A stretch of 64,000 nt of DNA, taken from assembly GCA_000934665.2 (NCBI GenBank), contig KZ538007.1:62001-126000 (forward strand), written 5' to 3'. The notes beneath the pieces are model-generated. The model was given only the letters and a program-made list of their open reading frames with translations. It had not been told where the DNA came from and did not search any database. Each line of letters begins with the position of its first letter. Position 1 is the stretch's first letter. The position numbers were made by a program, and so were the translations under genes. This DNA is from Catajapyx aquilonaris (lineage: Eukaryota). This document shows, piece after piece, positions 51,301 through 64,000 of the stretch.

Positions 51301-53961
51301 CTTTAAAATCATCCCTTCCTCTTGATATCCCGGTGTGAAACAATAGCTCGAATTGAACAGATACCCTGAAATAATATTATCAGAGACGGCCTCATCCATG
51401 TAAATCATTTGCCTTGCGGCCACTGCAAGAATTCCGACGTTTGGATGATGATACGCTGTGAAAATATTTTCTGGGATCCGACGCTTCTTTTTTTTCATGT
51501 TCTAGAGTTCCCAGATATTAGGCTAACGCCTGCCAAAACCGGTCTGGACCAAAAATATCGGGATTGTCATGCAGTGAGGATGATACGAGGTCGTACAACT
51601 CGAGTGTTTAATGAAGTCTCAAATTCCAGCACAAGTTGACTTGAGAAGGAGACTTGTAAGAGAAACTCCGCAGCCATATTCCTTTGATGTGAAGCTGTAC
51701 GGTATCAACATTCAGCTGGCGCGTTGTACAGTTTAATTTGCGGCTTTCATCGCAAGCATGCAAATAGGAGATATCTCTTTATCACAAAGGGACACAAGAG
51801 CTTTGGGCTTCCCGTAATTATAGCACATCCTTACAGTGGGAACGATACCACATCAGTGTGACCCAGCAGAATTATTATGTCTCTGTGCGAATGTGCACTG
51901 TTATTTTTTCGCTTGCAGAGGATGGTCATTCTCTTAGGCTACTTATATTCGTGTGTCTGCCTTTGCGAGACTGCGAGAGCTTGGGTTCATTGCACTTACT
52001 TGGTGGCTAGGCTCAGTATAACTACATGTGCGGAATCTGTCTGAGTCTTACCAGTGGGAATGCGGATAATTTTTTTTTTTCTTTCACAACTTTTCGTACC
52101 ATGAGAGCAACACTGATCGAGTAGCCCTAACCTATGGAGCATGACTGTTATCACTAACTAATCCATTATTGTTATCCCAGCATTGGAGAGTAAAAATATC
52201 TACTGTTTGGTCCGTGTTGCAAATAGCAATGCATGCCATAAAGCGCATAAAAGTTTGATCTTTTGTTTATGGCCTGTCATCCTAGCTGTCAAATATCTGT
52301 GCTAAAGCACTGCTAAAAATGCAAAATGTAAAAGAGAGAGCATGTCATTACTGTAACTGTTAGCACAGCTGTTTATGCTCAGTTCATTATTTTAATTTGC
52401 GGAATAATAGGATTCATCTCTATACCACTGACGCTGTACATTGTAAAACCGCGAGTAATGCTGGGAACTAGAAAAATGAGAATTCATGCTATGCACACAA
52501 TGTCCATGATTATTTTCTGGTTGACCATGCACCTGCTTAATGGAGGCGGGTATTAAACTTTATTTCATTAATAAGTTTGGACCATCTGTCAGCTGTAAGT
52601 ATATTGTAGATGCGAAAAGGTTAATTTAGCTGTAATCACATTTTCATGAATATCTCATCGTCATGTCCAGTGCATTAGTGTCCTTTTGCTCAGGTAATCA
52701 AACGCCCGAGTAGGCCTGTCCACGCATGCCTTTTTGGACTATCAAGTAGGTGTCAAAACTGGACATAATAGACGCAAACAACACCAAATCACCAGTTGTG
52801 CATAATCACGCGCAGGCGCATCCCCTCCTAAAATTATAACACGTCCAATGTTGCAGAAGAGCATGATGGATTGTTAGCCGAGCTCACTTGTCACGGCACA
52901 CGAGGCACTGCCATGATGAACGAGGAGGGGGTTGAAATGGGTGTTTGGGTCTGTGGGAGGTGGAAGGGGAGAGAGGCTCTCCATGTTGTTCTTTTTGCCT
53001 AACTATCCTAGCCCTGCCAATTGGGGCAGCTTCTTCATCAACAGCAGCGGCAGATGCGCCTCAAACTCCCTGGCCTTCTCCCTCCTCCACCTCCCAGCTC
53101 TTCTACTTTTCCCCTTGTAATATTCGCTCTTGATTGCCACTTCCATCCCTCGGATTTGAAGGCACACGTCTTTTGCACTCCCAAATGACTGATAATTAAA
53201 ACTCCAAAGGCGATTTGGGTGCCTGGGAGGAGATTTGCAGCTGCGGAGATGAACGACACTCCCACCACCCGCTTTTCCCCTCCTGACTCCCTATCCTCCC
53301 CACACCAACATTACCCCCTTTTCCATGGTCCTACCCCCCCCCCCACCCCTCTCTTTTCCCCAATTGCTTTCCGTCAAATCGGGTGATAATGAGTCTTAAT
53401 GCTTGTATGACGACCACTTTATGCAATTCCATTAAGACTTTGTGCAGTGCCAGGGATATTTGATAATCAGTTCTGCGTCAGCAAGAATCAGAGGAGAGGG
53501 CAGTCATGTTGAGAACTTTTTCGATGGGTATAAATTACGGGGCTTAACAAATGCGGGAGCTTCAAAAGACCGCAATATAGCTCAGAATACTTCATAAGCT
53601 GTTCCTATATATTTGATCTCTGTTTGTAGCATTTGTGTAGCCTTAATTTCCTAGAGTGCAGCATGATATTTTGAAAATGTTTTGGTATGTGGCACAGTAC
53701 CTCATACTGTAGGCCTACCTATTATACTATAGTCAAGTCAAAATCTAAAAGCAGTTCAGATCCATGTGACACTACGTGTTTTTTTATTTGTTAAAAATGA
53801 AGTAGCATTGTCAGAATAAACGTACAGTGTGGCTGAAACGGACGGAATTCCGTGCACTACCATGTCTGAATAAATTCACAACTGGCCAGATGGTAACTGG
53901 ACATCCGTATAGTTGTGCAGGGTAAATTCTGAATATATATCAGGTACGGTTGCACCGCCTT

Positions 53962-54076
53962 CAGGAAGCATTTCCGGTTGGAAAAGCGCCAGAAATGTTA
54001 TTAATTGTTATCAACAATGTTTTCAGCAAGGAATAACACACTTTTCTGGCTCTTTTCCAGCTGGAAATGTTTCCTG
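53962..54076. mobile_element. Short MITE remnant / imperfect inverted repeat with 34-bp arms
   Basis: caggaagcatttccggttggaaaagcgccagaaa vs tttctggctcttttccagctggaaatgtttcctg. Confidence 0.65.
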
Positions 54077-54891
54077 CAACTGGATATAATCAGTGGTATC
54101 GATATATCGGTGTGTCTGACAGCACTAGTTTATCACGCGTTTTGGGAGCTGCAACTACGTTCCTTTCACAGTGAGAGAGGATTAATATCGATACTTCTTC
54201 GAATGGTTGGAAATATATCCACACTGCCGTTTTTCCGTAACTATAATAAACTACTGTATAATAGAACAGCTTTGGCTTGTCAGGAATGCTTCCTATTTAA
54301 TACTTCTATGTGATGGAATGGCTATTGCGGGTGGGGCCTAAGGCACGGGACGATCAATCAATCAATCATTCCAACGATTATTCACCTTCCTACACAACTT
54401 ATCATCCTGAATGGTCCCCTTTCCCAATCATTTTCCAACAAAGCCATGCACCTCTCTGTATTAACAGTGGTGCACTGATTAAATATCAGCTCAGGAAGGG
54501 AAAAATATATTTAGTGCTTCCCCCATCAACCACTTAAAGAGTAGCATCTGTTGGGAGCTTTTTCCCTCCCTTCCTTCCCTCTCCTTGCCGCTCTTCCTTC
54601 CCACGTCTCCTCTAGCATTCCTGTGTGTGCATCTTACCTAAATCATGCGCTTTTGTTCGGTCCTTGAAAGAACTCGCCTTTTATTCACTTCTCCAGTTTT
54701 GTTCCTCTCCTAACCGTAATGGTGGTCTTTATGAATGTCACCAACTCATAGAAATAAGTCGCACCGAATGTATTGGCAACACTGCTTTAGGGACATAATT
54801 TGTGGCCAGATACTGTGCAATACCTTTCAAAGTGAAAAAAAACGAACGGTCCAGAGATGGATAGGTGTTAGAGAAGAAGTTTCCTAAAATA

Positions 54892-55108
54892 CATGGTATT
54901 TCAAATTCGTGGGTTGTTTTTTAATAACTGATATCATCCGAAGTAGTTATTTTTGAGTGACGTGTTGTGCCCCGGTCCAGGTTCCAGGGGGTCGAATGTA
55001 GCAGTTGCTATAGAATGGAGCACCATGTTAGGGGCACAACAAGCTACAAAAAAACTACTTCTGTCGATATCAATGATAAAAAACGACCCACGAATTTGGA
55101 ACACCCTG
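54892..55108. mobile_element. Tc1/mariner-type hairpin MITE monomer, TA TSD
   Basis: TA|CATGGTATTTCAAATTCGTGGG...CCCACGAATTTGGAACACCCTG|TA. Same arms and loop as the units at 45969-46392. Confidence 0.88.
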
Positions 55109-55959
55109 TATATTCCTTGTACTTGGTCATACTGTATAAGGAAATTGTTCAAAAAAATCTATGTACTGATGTCACAATTAGCTGTACCCATCGCAGTATT
55201 AATACGTCACTTAATATACGGTACTATTTCACTTTAGATAGACGGTATGTAGCAACTTATTCGGAAGAATACAACAATTTTTATGTAATGTATACTATAG
55301 GGGATGAAAAAACACTTTGTGACCATCCTAATATGAACAAAACACATCCTAACATCTCCTAATTTAATCTTAACGTAACCTGTCGCGCCCTTCTCCATTG
55401 CCTTTTCCAGTTCCTGTATTTGATAAGGCCAAAAATTCCGGAAATGTGTACGATTGCGGTTGAAATTCCAGAGAGACTTGGATGCCAAGGGATAGAAATA
55501 TATACCGGAGTGAAGGAAAATTTCTTCTCTGAGCCCTTCCCTTTCTCCTTTCATGATGCTTCTAGCCGGCGGTTTTTGTCGAAAAGAGGAGGGAGAACTC
55601 CTTTGGGCTTCCGGAAAGAAGTAACCGAAGCGAATTCTGCACAAAACAAATCGCAGGGAAGCCAACGTGTCGATAGCAGCTGTTGGTTGCCATTTTCCAC
55701 CCGTTACACTTAATTTTTCTTTTGTAGTTTACTTTTTTTTTCTCCTTCAGTTACTAATTTTTCTTCACAGCTGGACATTTTTGATCAGCCTGATAATTGA
55801 AGCGCGTGATGTCACGAAGGGGTCCACCACGTGGAGTTATCTGTTTGGACATTTTTGTGGCAGACGTTTAATATTAGGTTAGTGTCTATAGGAGTGGTTT
55901 CTTGTCCTCTTATGTGCAGTATGCTCAACTGTCAGATTCGGCATACCATGTGACGCTGC

Positions 55960-55974
55960 TCACTAGAGGGCAGT
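55960..55974 (+). promoter_or_regulatory. Single CTCF-like motif
   Basis: TCACTAGAGGGCAGT matches the CTCF core CAYYAGRGGGCAG. A weaker match, GCCTCTAGGGGGCT, lies at ~57677-57690. Confidence 0.3.
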
Positions 55975-58900
55975 GGCGTCTGCTGAGTGTGGACCTGGGG
56001 GAGGGGCTCTTTTGGGAGGGAGTCGTGAAACGGCCTGGCTGCAATAAATGGGTTGTACTGAACCTTTGTGTATTTGGACCACGATGACGTCAGGAGGAAT
56101 GACCTGAGGAGGTCTACCCTCACAACCACTGGACAGATTAGAAGCCAGTTTGAGGTAGGCCGGTTAAACACCAGTAGCTGAAGTGTGCTGAATCCATTTT
56201 GTACGTACGTGCCAGGCTGTAATTTAATTTACGTCTTATTTATTTATAAATTACTGCCGTCGGTACACCCAAAAGTTAGCATTTAACTGGTGCATAAAAC
56301 CGGTGTTAGGTTGGGTAGTCCTCGCAAATATTCGTTCCAGCCGGACCAATGCAACCTTAAATGGTCCAGCAGGTCCACATGCCACTGCCTAAGGGATAAA
56401 ATAAACAGCCTCCCCTGCAGACTTTCGGACCCGTGCATTTTCTAGCAAACAGCAGTGAGGAAGCGAGGTCTGGACGATTTCGGGGTGAATTGCACAGCGG
56501 AACTGTACAGAGAAAAATTTAGTCCAGCTCCATCTCTGGAGTAACAAAAAGAACTTCGGAGGGAGGTATTTCAATTGACTGAGGTTAGCACTGTTAAGTA
56601 ATATTATGATAATTGCACAGTGGCTGAAGTTGGCTTACTCTGTTTATCATAAAAAGGAAGCAATTAATGGAAACCGGGTCTAGAACGAGGCTTAACAGTA
56701 CTCTAGAACAGCTGAGAAAAGTGACCACGCAGCATTCGCCGGTTGGAAAATTTGTTTTGGCGACAGTTATAATTTGTTTTGGGGGCTTACAAGTGCCTTG
56801 TGCTGGAGCCAAGCGAAACCCCATTTTCGCATACGTTGCATTTTATCTGGATGTTTACCGAGTTTTGTCATCTGGAGAAAATCCTGCAGTTAGTGCACAG
56901 CGCAGAGTACAGCCGGTTATGTCAAATCCGCTTTCGGGATTCCCCCCGCCCGAATAATCCCAACATGTAGTTTCGGAGAAAAAATCCGTCCTTTCTGCCT
57001 GGATACAGGTTCACTGACATCCGGGCTTGACAACTGGTGCCACTAACAACCTTTTATTCTATTCCCCTTTCGGCCATTTTTGCAATCCATATTGTATTTA
57101 CTGCAACCGGGTTCTCCCATTATTAAATTGCTATTTGGACGCTTCCTGATTGGATAAAAACTACAATTTGCAACAGGTCAAAATCGCCTAAAAGCATGTC
57201 CTTCCGGATAATTATCTGCCAATATTTTCATTTCTACACTTGAGCAGATTTTTAATCCGACCTCTAATCGAGCCCAACATGGCGGCTGGAATGACTGCAA
57301 AACTTTTTCGCCTCCACCCTCTGCACCTCTGCCAGGTATACTTTTCACAAAGTCGAGAGAACCTAATTATACACAGCAATTTATGTGGAAGGGGAAAAGA
57401 AGTCGCTGATTTGAACTCTTGCCGTAATTAGCACTTTCGCGAAGATTGGGGAGACTCCTTCCCTTCGCAGTTCTTTGGGCTCTATGGGGCTCTTTTTCCC
57501 CACTGTATACTGTGTACACTGCTGCACTTCCCTCCTCCCACCTTCCCCCTGGTGATGAGTCCGGAAAGAGTTTAATCGGGCATTTCTCCTGATCAGCACA
57601 AATTGGGAAGAAAGTTTAATTCCGTTTGTAAGCCTATGCGACGAAGCACTTCAAAAGATCGCTCCCAATTTCCTCAGCCTCTAGGGGGCTCTTAGTGGAC
57701 TTTTAGGCTGGAACCATTTTTTGGAAGATAGTTGTGTCGTTATATGTTACGGGCGTGAAAGAGGACCGACTCCTTGAGTGCAGTTTGCATCGTACTATCC
57801 TGGCTGGTGGGCCCTGGGGTTGTGATTATATGGGAAGAAAGGGGGACTGGAGTACTATTGACTGCATGCTTTAGCGGAGTTGCGAGGTTGCCTTGTGTGC
57901 CAGTCATTTTCGAACAGCATGGGTGTAGTCGAATTTGCGAGGANGGGGGGATATTCCAGCAAAAAATATCTGGTATAAATTTTCCATGCCATATTGCATA
58001 TGTGGCACAAAAAAATTATTGGCCTGAGAAATATATGGAACTAGCTCATTATATAAATGCCAATTCCAGTCATTATCTCAGATGACAACATGACCAAGCG
58101 ACAAAGTCTCAAAAAGTGCACATGACAAAATGCTGCATGTAGATTTAGGATTAGTGGTAATACCATTGTACGTGCCTGGCAACATCATCTGTTCCATTCC
58201 ACTATCCCACAGCTTAACTTGAAGCATTGTGGCTTAGAAAACTGCAAGCTATTTCCTTGAACATAAGCGCACTTGAAAGGCATGGCATCCTTTGATATTT
58301 TGCAGTATCAGTTCATCCCGCTCTTTTGCGTCGCGCTGCAGTATCGTTGGAGCTCATAATCCAAGCTATTGACTATAGTCCCGATATGAGTTGGACGCCG
58401 CACATGAAAAGCTGAATAGAAAGTATTCACATGTCCACCTTCACATTATAATCGGTCGCGATAAGGTGGAAAGCCAGGCCTATTCACCTATCCCCATCTG
58501 CGTAGAGATATGAGCGGAATGCGTCCTATAACAGAGGCTTCCGGAATGCTCTCGCTGCCAACAAGAAGGAATCGGCCAGGAATGCAGGCTCATAGAAAGT
58601 AAGGTACCTCCCTTTTCCTCCCCTCCAGGCCACCACCGCCACTTTCCCAGTGAATGCTCCATCTTCTATCACATCCATTTCTAACAGGCGATTCCATCTC
58701 ATAATAGTTACCTACTAGCCGGGAATAGATTTGAGATGTTCAACAGAGGTTGTTTGCATCGCTGCGACACAGTTTGTAGAAGCGAATCAATACTGTTTTG
58801 GAAACACCAGGGGTGTTAGTCATTGTTCTGTTTAATAACTGGGAGCATAACCTGACGCCTGGGGTTGCAAGATTATGTCATGCCGGAGAGGGAATTGTAC

Positions 58901-61900
58901 GAATAATGCGGTTTTTTTGTCATTCGAATAATGCCATTTGCGCTTTTTCGGATAGGCAGGAATAGTAGTCCAGTTGTCGACTATGATAAGCAAGTTTCTA
59001 TTTGCCTGAAAACACTGTCAGTTTAGTGTCATTAATTGATTGTCATTTTTTCATTAAAATAATAGAGCACGTATTACCGTTCCAAAAAATTACTTTGTAA
59101 AATAATTAGCTCATCCCTCTGCATTACCTGAAATAACGCCACTTAAAGCCTTCCCAATTGGATGAATAGAGCTTATCAAACATCCAAGTATGCTTCCTAA
59201 TAAAATGCATATACACTGTATATATATTTATACCTTTTTTTCCACTCCTTTCTCCCAAGTTGAGAAATTCCTGGGAGCTTCTCTATGGCAGATGATAATG
59301 AGACGTTACCCAAGTTGTGAAATTAGACTCCAGAGAGTCGCTCCCAGATTTTGAGATTCCCCTAGAGCAGGCCTTCCACTTCGGTTGCGCGAACCTGGGT
59401 ACTAAATAACAATCTACGTGAGAAGGGATGCATTGCGAGCTATCGACCTTTCCCAAGTCCTGCCCTAATGCCCAATATTTCAAAGCCACACAGCCTCCGT
59501 TATATATGGCTTCCGAATTTTCTTTCATAACACAATACCGCTGAGGTAGCATAATTACGCAACCATAAATAACGCACCATCACTTGCAAAGTAGGACTAA
59601 GCTGAATCGATTGCACTATTTTGATTTCGAGTTGTGTGTGTGGGTGAGTGTAGGTGTGTGTAGGAGGAGGAAGGAAGGACTAAGGTTAAATGGGTTGGAC
59701 TAGAAGGAGCAAAAAAATACGAATTGGAATGAAATAATGGATGTGACGCGGAAGAGGCTGAAAGGGGAGAATATTCGAGGTGAAATCCCTCGTGATTTAC
59801 GAGACTGATTTTACCCTCGGGTATCTAGGAAGTTGGCTGCCAACTACAGTAAGATGCATCGGAAGTAAAGATCCCATGGGAAGCCCCGTTAGCTTGCTGC
59901 AAGTCTGTTGCGAATGTATTGTGGTCACACGCAGCTCATAATTCTACTTTTTCTTCAGGCCTGAACGCCTGATCCTTCAGGGTGTCGGGTCGACAGATAG
60001 GATTCCTGGCCACGTACGCTCTGAATTGGTAATGAGAGTACTTACATAGCCAACTTGTGTAATGGTATTGGGCAACTTTGTAATTGGTCAATCAACGTCA
60101 TCGGAAAAGCCTCGATTAAGTGAGACGTCATCGCTTAAATGTAGGGCACTTCCTTGGGAAATTAATTCTTAGAAAACGTTCCAAGATAGACGCTTGAAAA
60201 AAAAAGTAGCATCGTTAATCTAGTTATACTAATTAAGGAAGATTCTGAGAAAAAGTATAAGCCTATATCCCCTTTTCAATGACAATGAAGTTTGTTACGG
60301 ATGGGCAGGACTTAGATAAATTAAAAGCGGAAATAGACATGTTGGAAAGAATGCAGAAGCTTAATGATCCGTATAGGAGACTCATTGGAGCAATTGAAGA
60401 AAGTTAGCCTAAGCTCTGGATCTAATCAAATTGATGCCGAGTCAAGCTGGAGGAGGGAAGGTAAAGAAAAAAAAGAGAGGGAGAGGACTTGCAGTCGGAG
60501 CATCAGCGAACGGTTTAATCTTTCATTTCGAATTTTCATGTCTGCAGAGAAATTTTTTCCCGACTTCTGAATCATGCGAACCGCATTCAAAAGTTCGTTG
60601 CGTAAACTGAACAAAACCACTCTCTGAACACTCTTTTGTAACGAGCCTTCCTTTTCCTCTCTTAGTAATCCTTTTTCTCGTGACATTCCACATGGAGAAT
60701 TTTAACTTGGAGGTTTCCATTCATCCCCAGGATTTTGCGCGACTTAAAGGGGAACGAAGCAACCGGCGTTACTCAGATTTCAGTTAGAATATAGACGATG
60801 CAACATCCTTATTGTGCTTCTGACAAGTGTGGTGTTGTACCATAGAAGCACTGAATATTTTTAATGATACATAATATGGCGAGCTTCTGCTAAGTAAAGG
60901 CCTACCTGTAATACAAACGATAAAAATTAATCTGAATATAGGTCAAACATACTGTATTTTCACAACTTGACTTCCAGCTTTTCAGAGGCAGTGGGTCGAG
61001 ATGCCGTATATCAAGAAATTTCTGGAAAGAAATAATTTGACCCCCAATATATAATGCAGAGCCCACGACCTGCCTAGTGAATGCTGTGAAAATACTATGA
61101 TGAAAAGAGCCACCCCAGCGTTACTTTGAGTTCCGTTGCAAACATTGCTGTGCATATAGCCTAATCCTCGGAAGCTCCCGCACTGGTCATTGAAAGGGCC
61201 CAAAGTTTGGATAGAATCGGCCTGAGTGTGCATCTCCCCGGACTGCCTCACTGCCTGCCTGCCCACTCCTGGACCTTGTACTTTTCATCGGGTTTTGGGA
61301 GGGTTGTTCAATGGGGAAATTGGAGCCTGATTGCGAAGGAACTATCCCACTTTGAGTCGAAATGTTAACATTGGGAGTTCCCGACTTGAGCGCCCAGTCA
61401 CTCACTCTTTTTTGGAGGGAATGGAGAGAGGAGGGGAAGGGAGGGGCATCAAACTTCCTCAAGGCTGGCCGCGAGTAAACACTCCTCCCACCCACCCAAA
61501 AACCCCTTACCCTACCCAACCCGAATGAAACTCCCCTAGAGATCAATAAACCCGAGGAACAAGCTGCCTTTCTCCATACAAGCACGCCAACACCACCATC
61601 CACCCACCTCCCCATATCCAGCTCTTTTCATCCTAGGGATGCTGTGATCTTAATCATGTTTACCCTGCCTGCAATCCTCACCTCTCCAAATCTCCTCCCT
61701 TCCCTGTAAATCCAATTCCCCAGGACTCATCTGTTTACTCCCCCCCTCTACCCTCCCTACCTCCACTTACCATACCAGCCGATCCACCCCACTACCCTCC
61801 CTCCCTCTTCCATAACCAGGGCTTCCATGACCTCACCTGCCAAGGGGTTTTCGCGGATTTTCCTGTTTATCCCTCCGCGAGCCTTTTAATTGAGCCCCCT

Positions 61901-62351
61901 CCCCAAGTTGGCTGAGCTTGTTAAATCCGAGAAAACACGATTAGCATCCCTAACATGTCGGTACAGGGGGGGAGTGGAAAGCCAAGGGTTCCTAATGACG
62001 CTGACAGAGGACGGTGTTAGAGGACGGGGCAGCAGGAGCAAGGATGGGTATTTCGGAAATCTCGCCACCTTACAAGTGGTCAACTTGACAAACAAACTGT
62101 GACCACAAATGAAAGTCTAGATCAAGTCCTAGATCAAGTTGAGTACTTGGTGATTGAAAAATAGTGGGTGTGGAAAAGAGTCGAGTTTCAAACACCCCCC
62201 CCCCCCCACCCCTCCCCCACACGCATTTCCGGGCCATTGGTTTGTGAGTCCCCGCGGAAAAGCACCTGGCGCCACTCCGGGTTAATCCGGTCTCCTCCAC
62301 CGTAAAGTTTCAACAGCCCGCTAATGGGGAATTTGGACCTGGAAACCGAGG

Positions 62352-62354
<3 letters not shown>

Positions 62355-62389
<35 letters not shown>
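62355..62389. repeat. (GA)n microsatellite followed by an A-run
   Basis: Direct dinucleotide run. Confidence 0.98.
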
Positions 62390-62393
<4 letters not shown>

Positions 62394-64000
62394 AAAAAAC
62401 GTGGGATTGGAAAAATAGAGGCCGTCATAAGTTTGGGTTTGGAGCGACGCATGGGGGTTAACAAAATGGCGGGCTAGTTAGCGGGATTATGCTTGGAGAA
62501 ATGGCGGCTAACGCCAGGCCTAGATGGGCCAACGTGTGGAAAAAGTGTCAACTTAGTTAGTGGGATGGTTGGACCTCCAGAAAAAAAATTCCGTGTTTTT
62601 TTACCAGCTTATGTAGACTCAGCCAGGTTTTAATATTTGGGAGTGGGGTTGTATAGTTGTGGGCCTATTAATTTGACTCAAGTCTTTAGTTGCCACTTAG
62701 CCTCTTTGAGCTTAAAGACAAGGGGCAAGGAACATGCCAACAAATAAAATGCAAAAATGAGCTACCAATGGCCAAATTGCGACGAAAAAGTGGTCTGCCC
62801 ACACTAGAACTGGATGGGCTAACACTTGAACAAAAAAAGGCCTGCGCAGGCTAGTGATTTTTACAAAACGTATGTCCACTTGGGCTCCCTTCCAAAAAAA
62901 AAGTCAGCTATTCTAAGTTGGACGGTAGCCGCCATCGTCCTGCGGGCACAATACACCGCAATTTCTGCCCACTCGCAATCCTCTGGCATAATGAGCAAGC
63001 AAAGTCCCATAGTATGGCCCCCCTCTCCGGTGCGGCACTTGTATCCTCCTCATTAGGCTTCTACTCCAGCCTGGCTCTTCTGCCGAGTCAAATGGCCGCC
63101 GATGCACTTCCACGGAGCATCCAACCGAAGGCATCTCATCATATGCCCCAAACGTACGCCATTTCAATTTTCGCACTTTGTCTTCGTGGGCAGAAAATTA
63201 TCGGCAATCAACCTCAGGCAGATTCAGGCCTATTTCGGAAATTTAGGAGCGATTTTTTCATTAGTTGTGCTATTTGAGCGTGACTCATTATCCTGTACGG
63301 CTTGACCGTGCACTCAATTTAACTTATCTTACTAATAGAATTTACGTAGACGGATAAATATGTTCATTAACTCATGATGGTCAGCTTTATGTAGTTATTC
63401 ATGAATGCCTTCCAACAATTGCTGAAAAGGAGCTATTGTGACCGTGTTAGGTGCACATACTGTCACACAGGTAGGCTTATTATTATCCTATTGTGATGCG
63501 TTGATTCTTCCGCATCCCTACATTGATGCTCAAAGCCTACCAGTTATAATAGCTGCCTAAATGACCATGGTGTTATACAAGCACAGCTATATTTTTGACA
63601 CTGAAATAACCTGCTTGATGACATTTTAACATGTTGCGCAGGAATAATGATTTTACATTCTTATAGGAAGTGATTTGAAGCTGTCGATTTCACCTTCATC
63701 TTTATGCTATAAAGAAGCTGCATAGCAGTTATATTCACTGCATTATGTTATTACTAAATGGTAATTAATGCAATGCACTTAGGCTTACGCTCTCTAGCCT
63801 TCAGGAAGCAGTAATATTAAACATATTTTGTTTACACCTAGTGGTATAAAACACTGCAGGCTATAAAAGCTTCGCTACAGTAGTGATGTGTTGCTTCTAA
63901 CTTGTTATTCCTGATAATTTTAAACCACAGCAGCTCCGTATAATGCGCAAGTCATCGTTGCATCATATTCTCATTTACCAGATTCATCTCACCACTGATC

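Noticed and set aside
620..63305. All ORFs in the supplied track (60-189 aa) as protein-coding genes
   Set aside because: No recognisable domain. Many start at non-ATG codons, overlap on both strands, or run through microsatellites, N-gaps or MITEs. Lengths are consistent with chance.

Overview
Non-coding eukaryotic DNA, most likely animal and possibly arthropod. The arthropod guess rests only on the SINE types and on (CCTAA)n inside a MITE. It comes from a gapped short-read assembly with N-runs at poly-G/C tracts. No ORF in the track resembles a known protein, so no CDS is called; the window reads as a large intron or intergenic/regulatory region. It contains many short non-autonomous transposons: a ~1.07-kb CAC-terminated foldback element with a 4-bp TSD (Chapaev/CMC-like), Tc1/mariner-type TA MITEs (one a head-to-tail dimer), a hAT-type MITE with an 8-bp TSD, a Harbinger-type MITE with a TAA TSD, and a MITE inserted in a CA microsatellite. 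There are also at least four unrelated tRNA-derived SINE families (three copies with TSDs), microsatellites and isolated hairpins. GC-richer islands carry candidate CTCF, YY1/Pho, GAGA, CRE/ETS/CCAAT and TEAD motif clusters. TA-x-TA words (TACWGTA, GTAGGCCTAC) recur and may be transposon excision footprints. No new protein-coding system is supported. All counts and alignments were done by eye.
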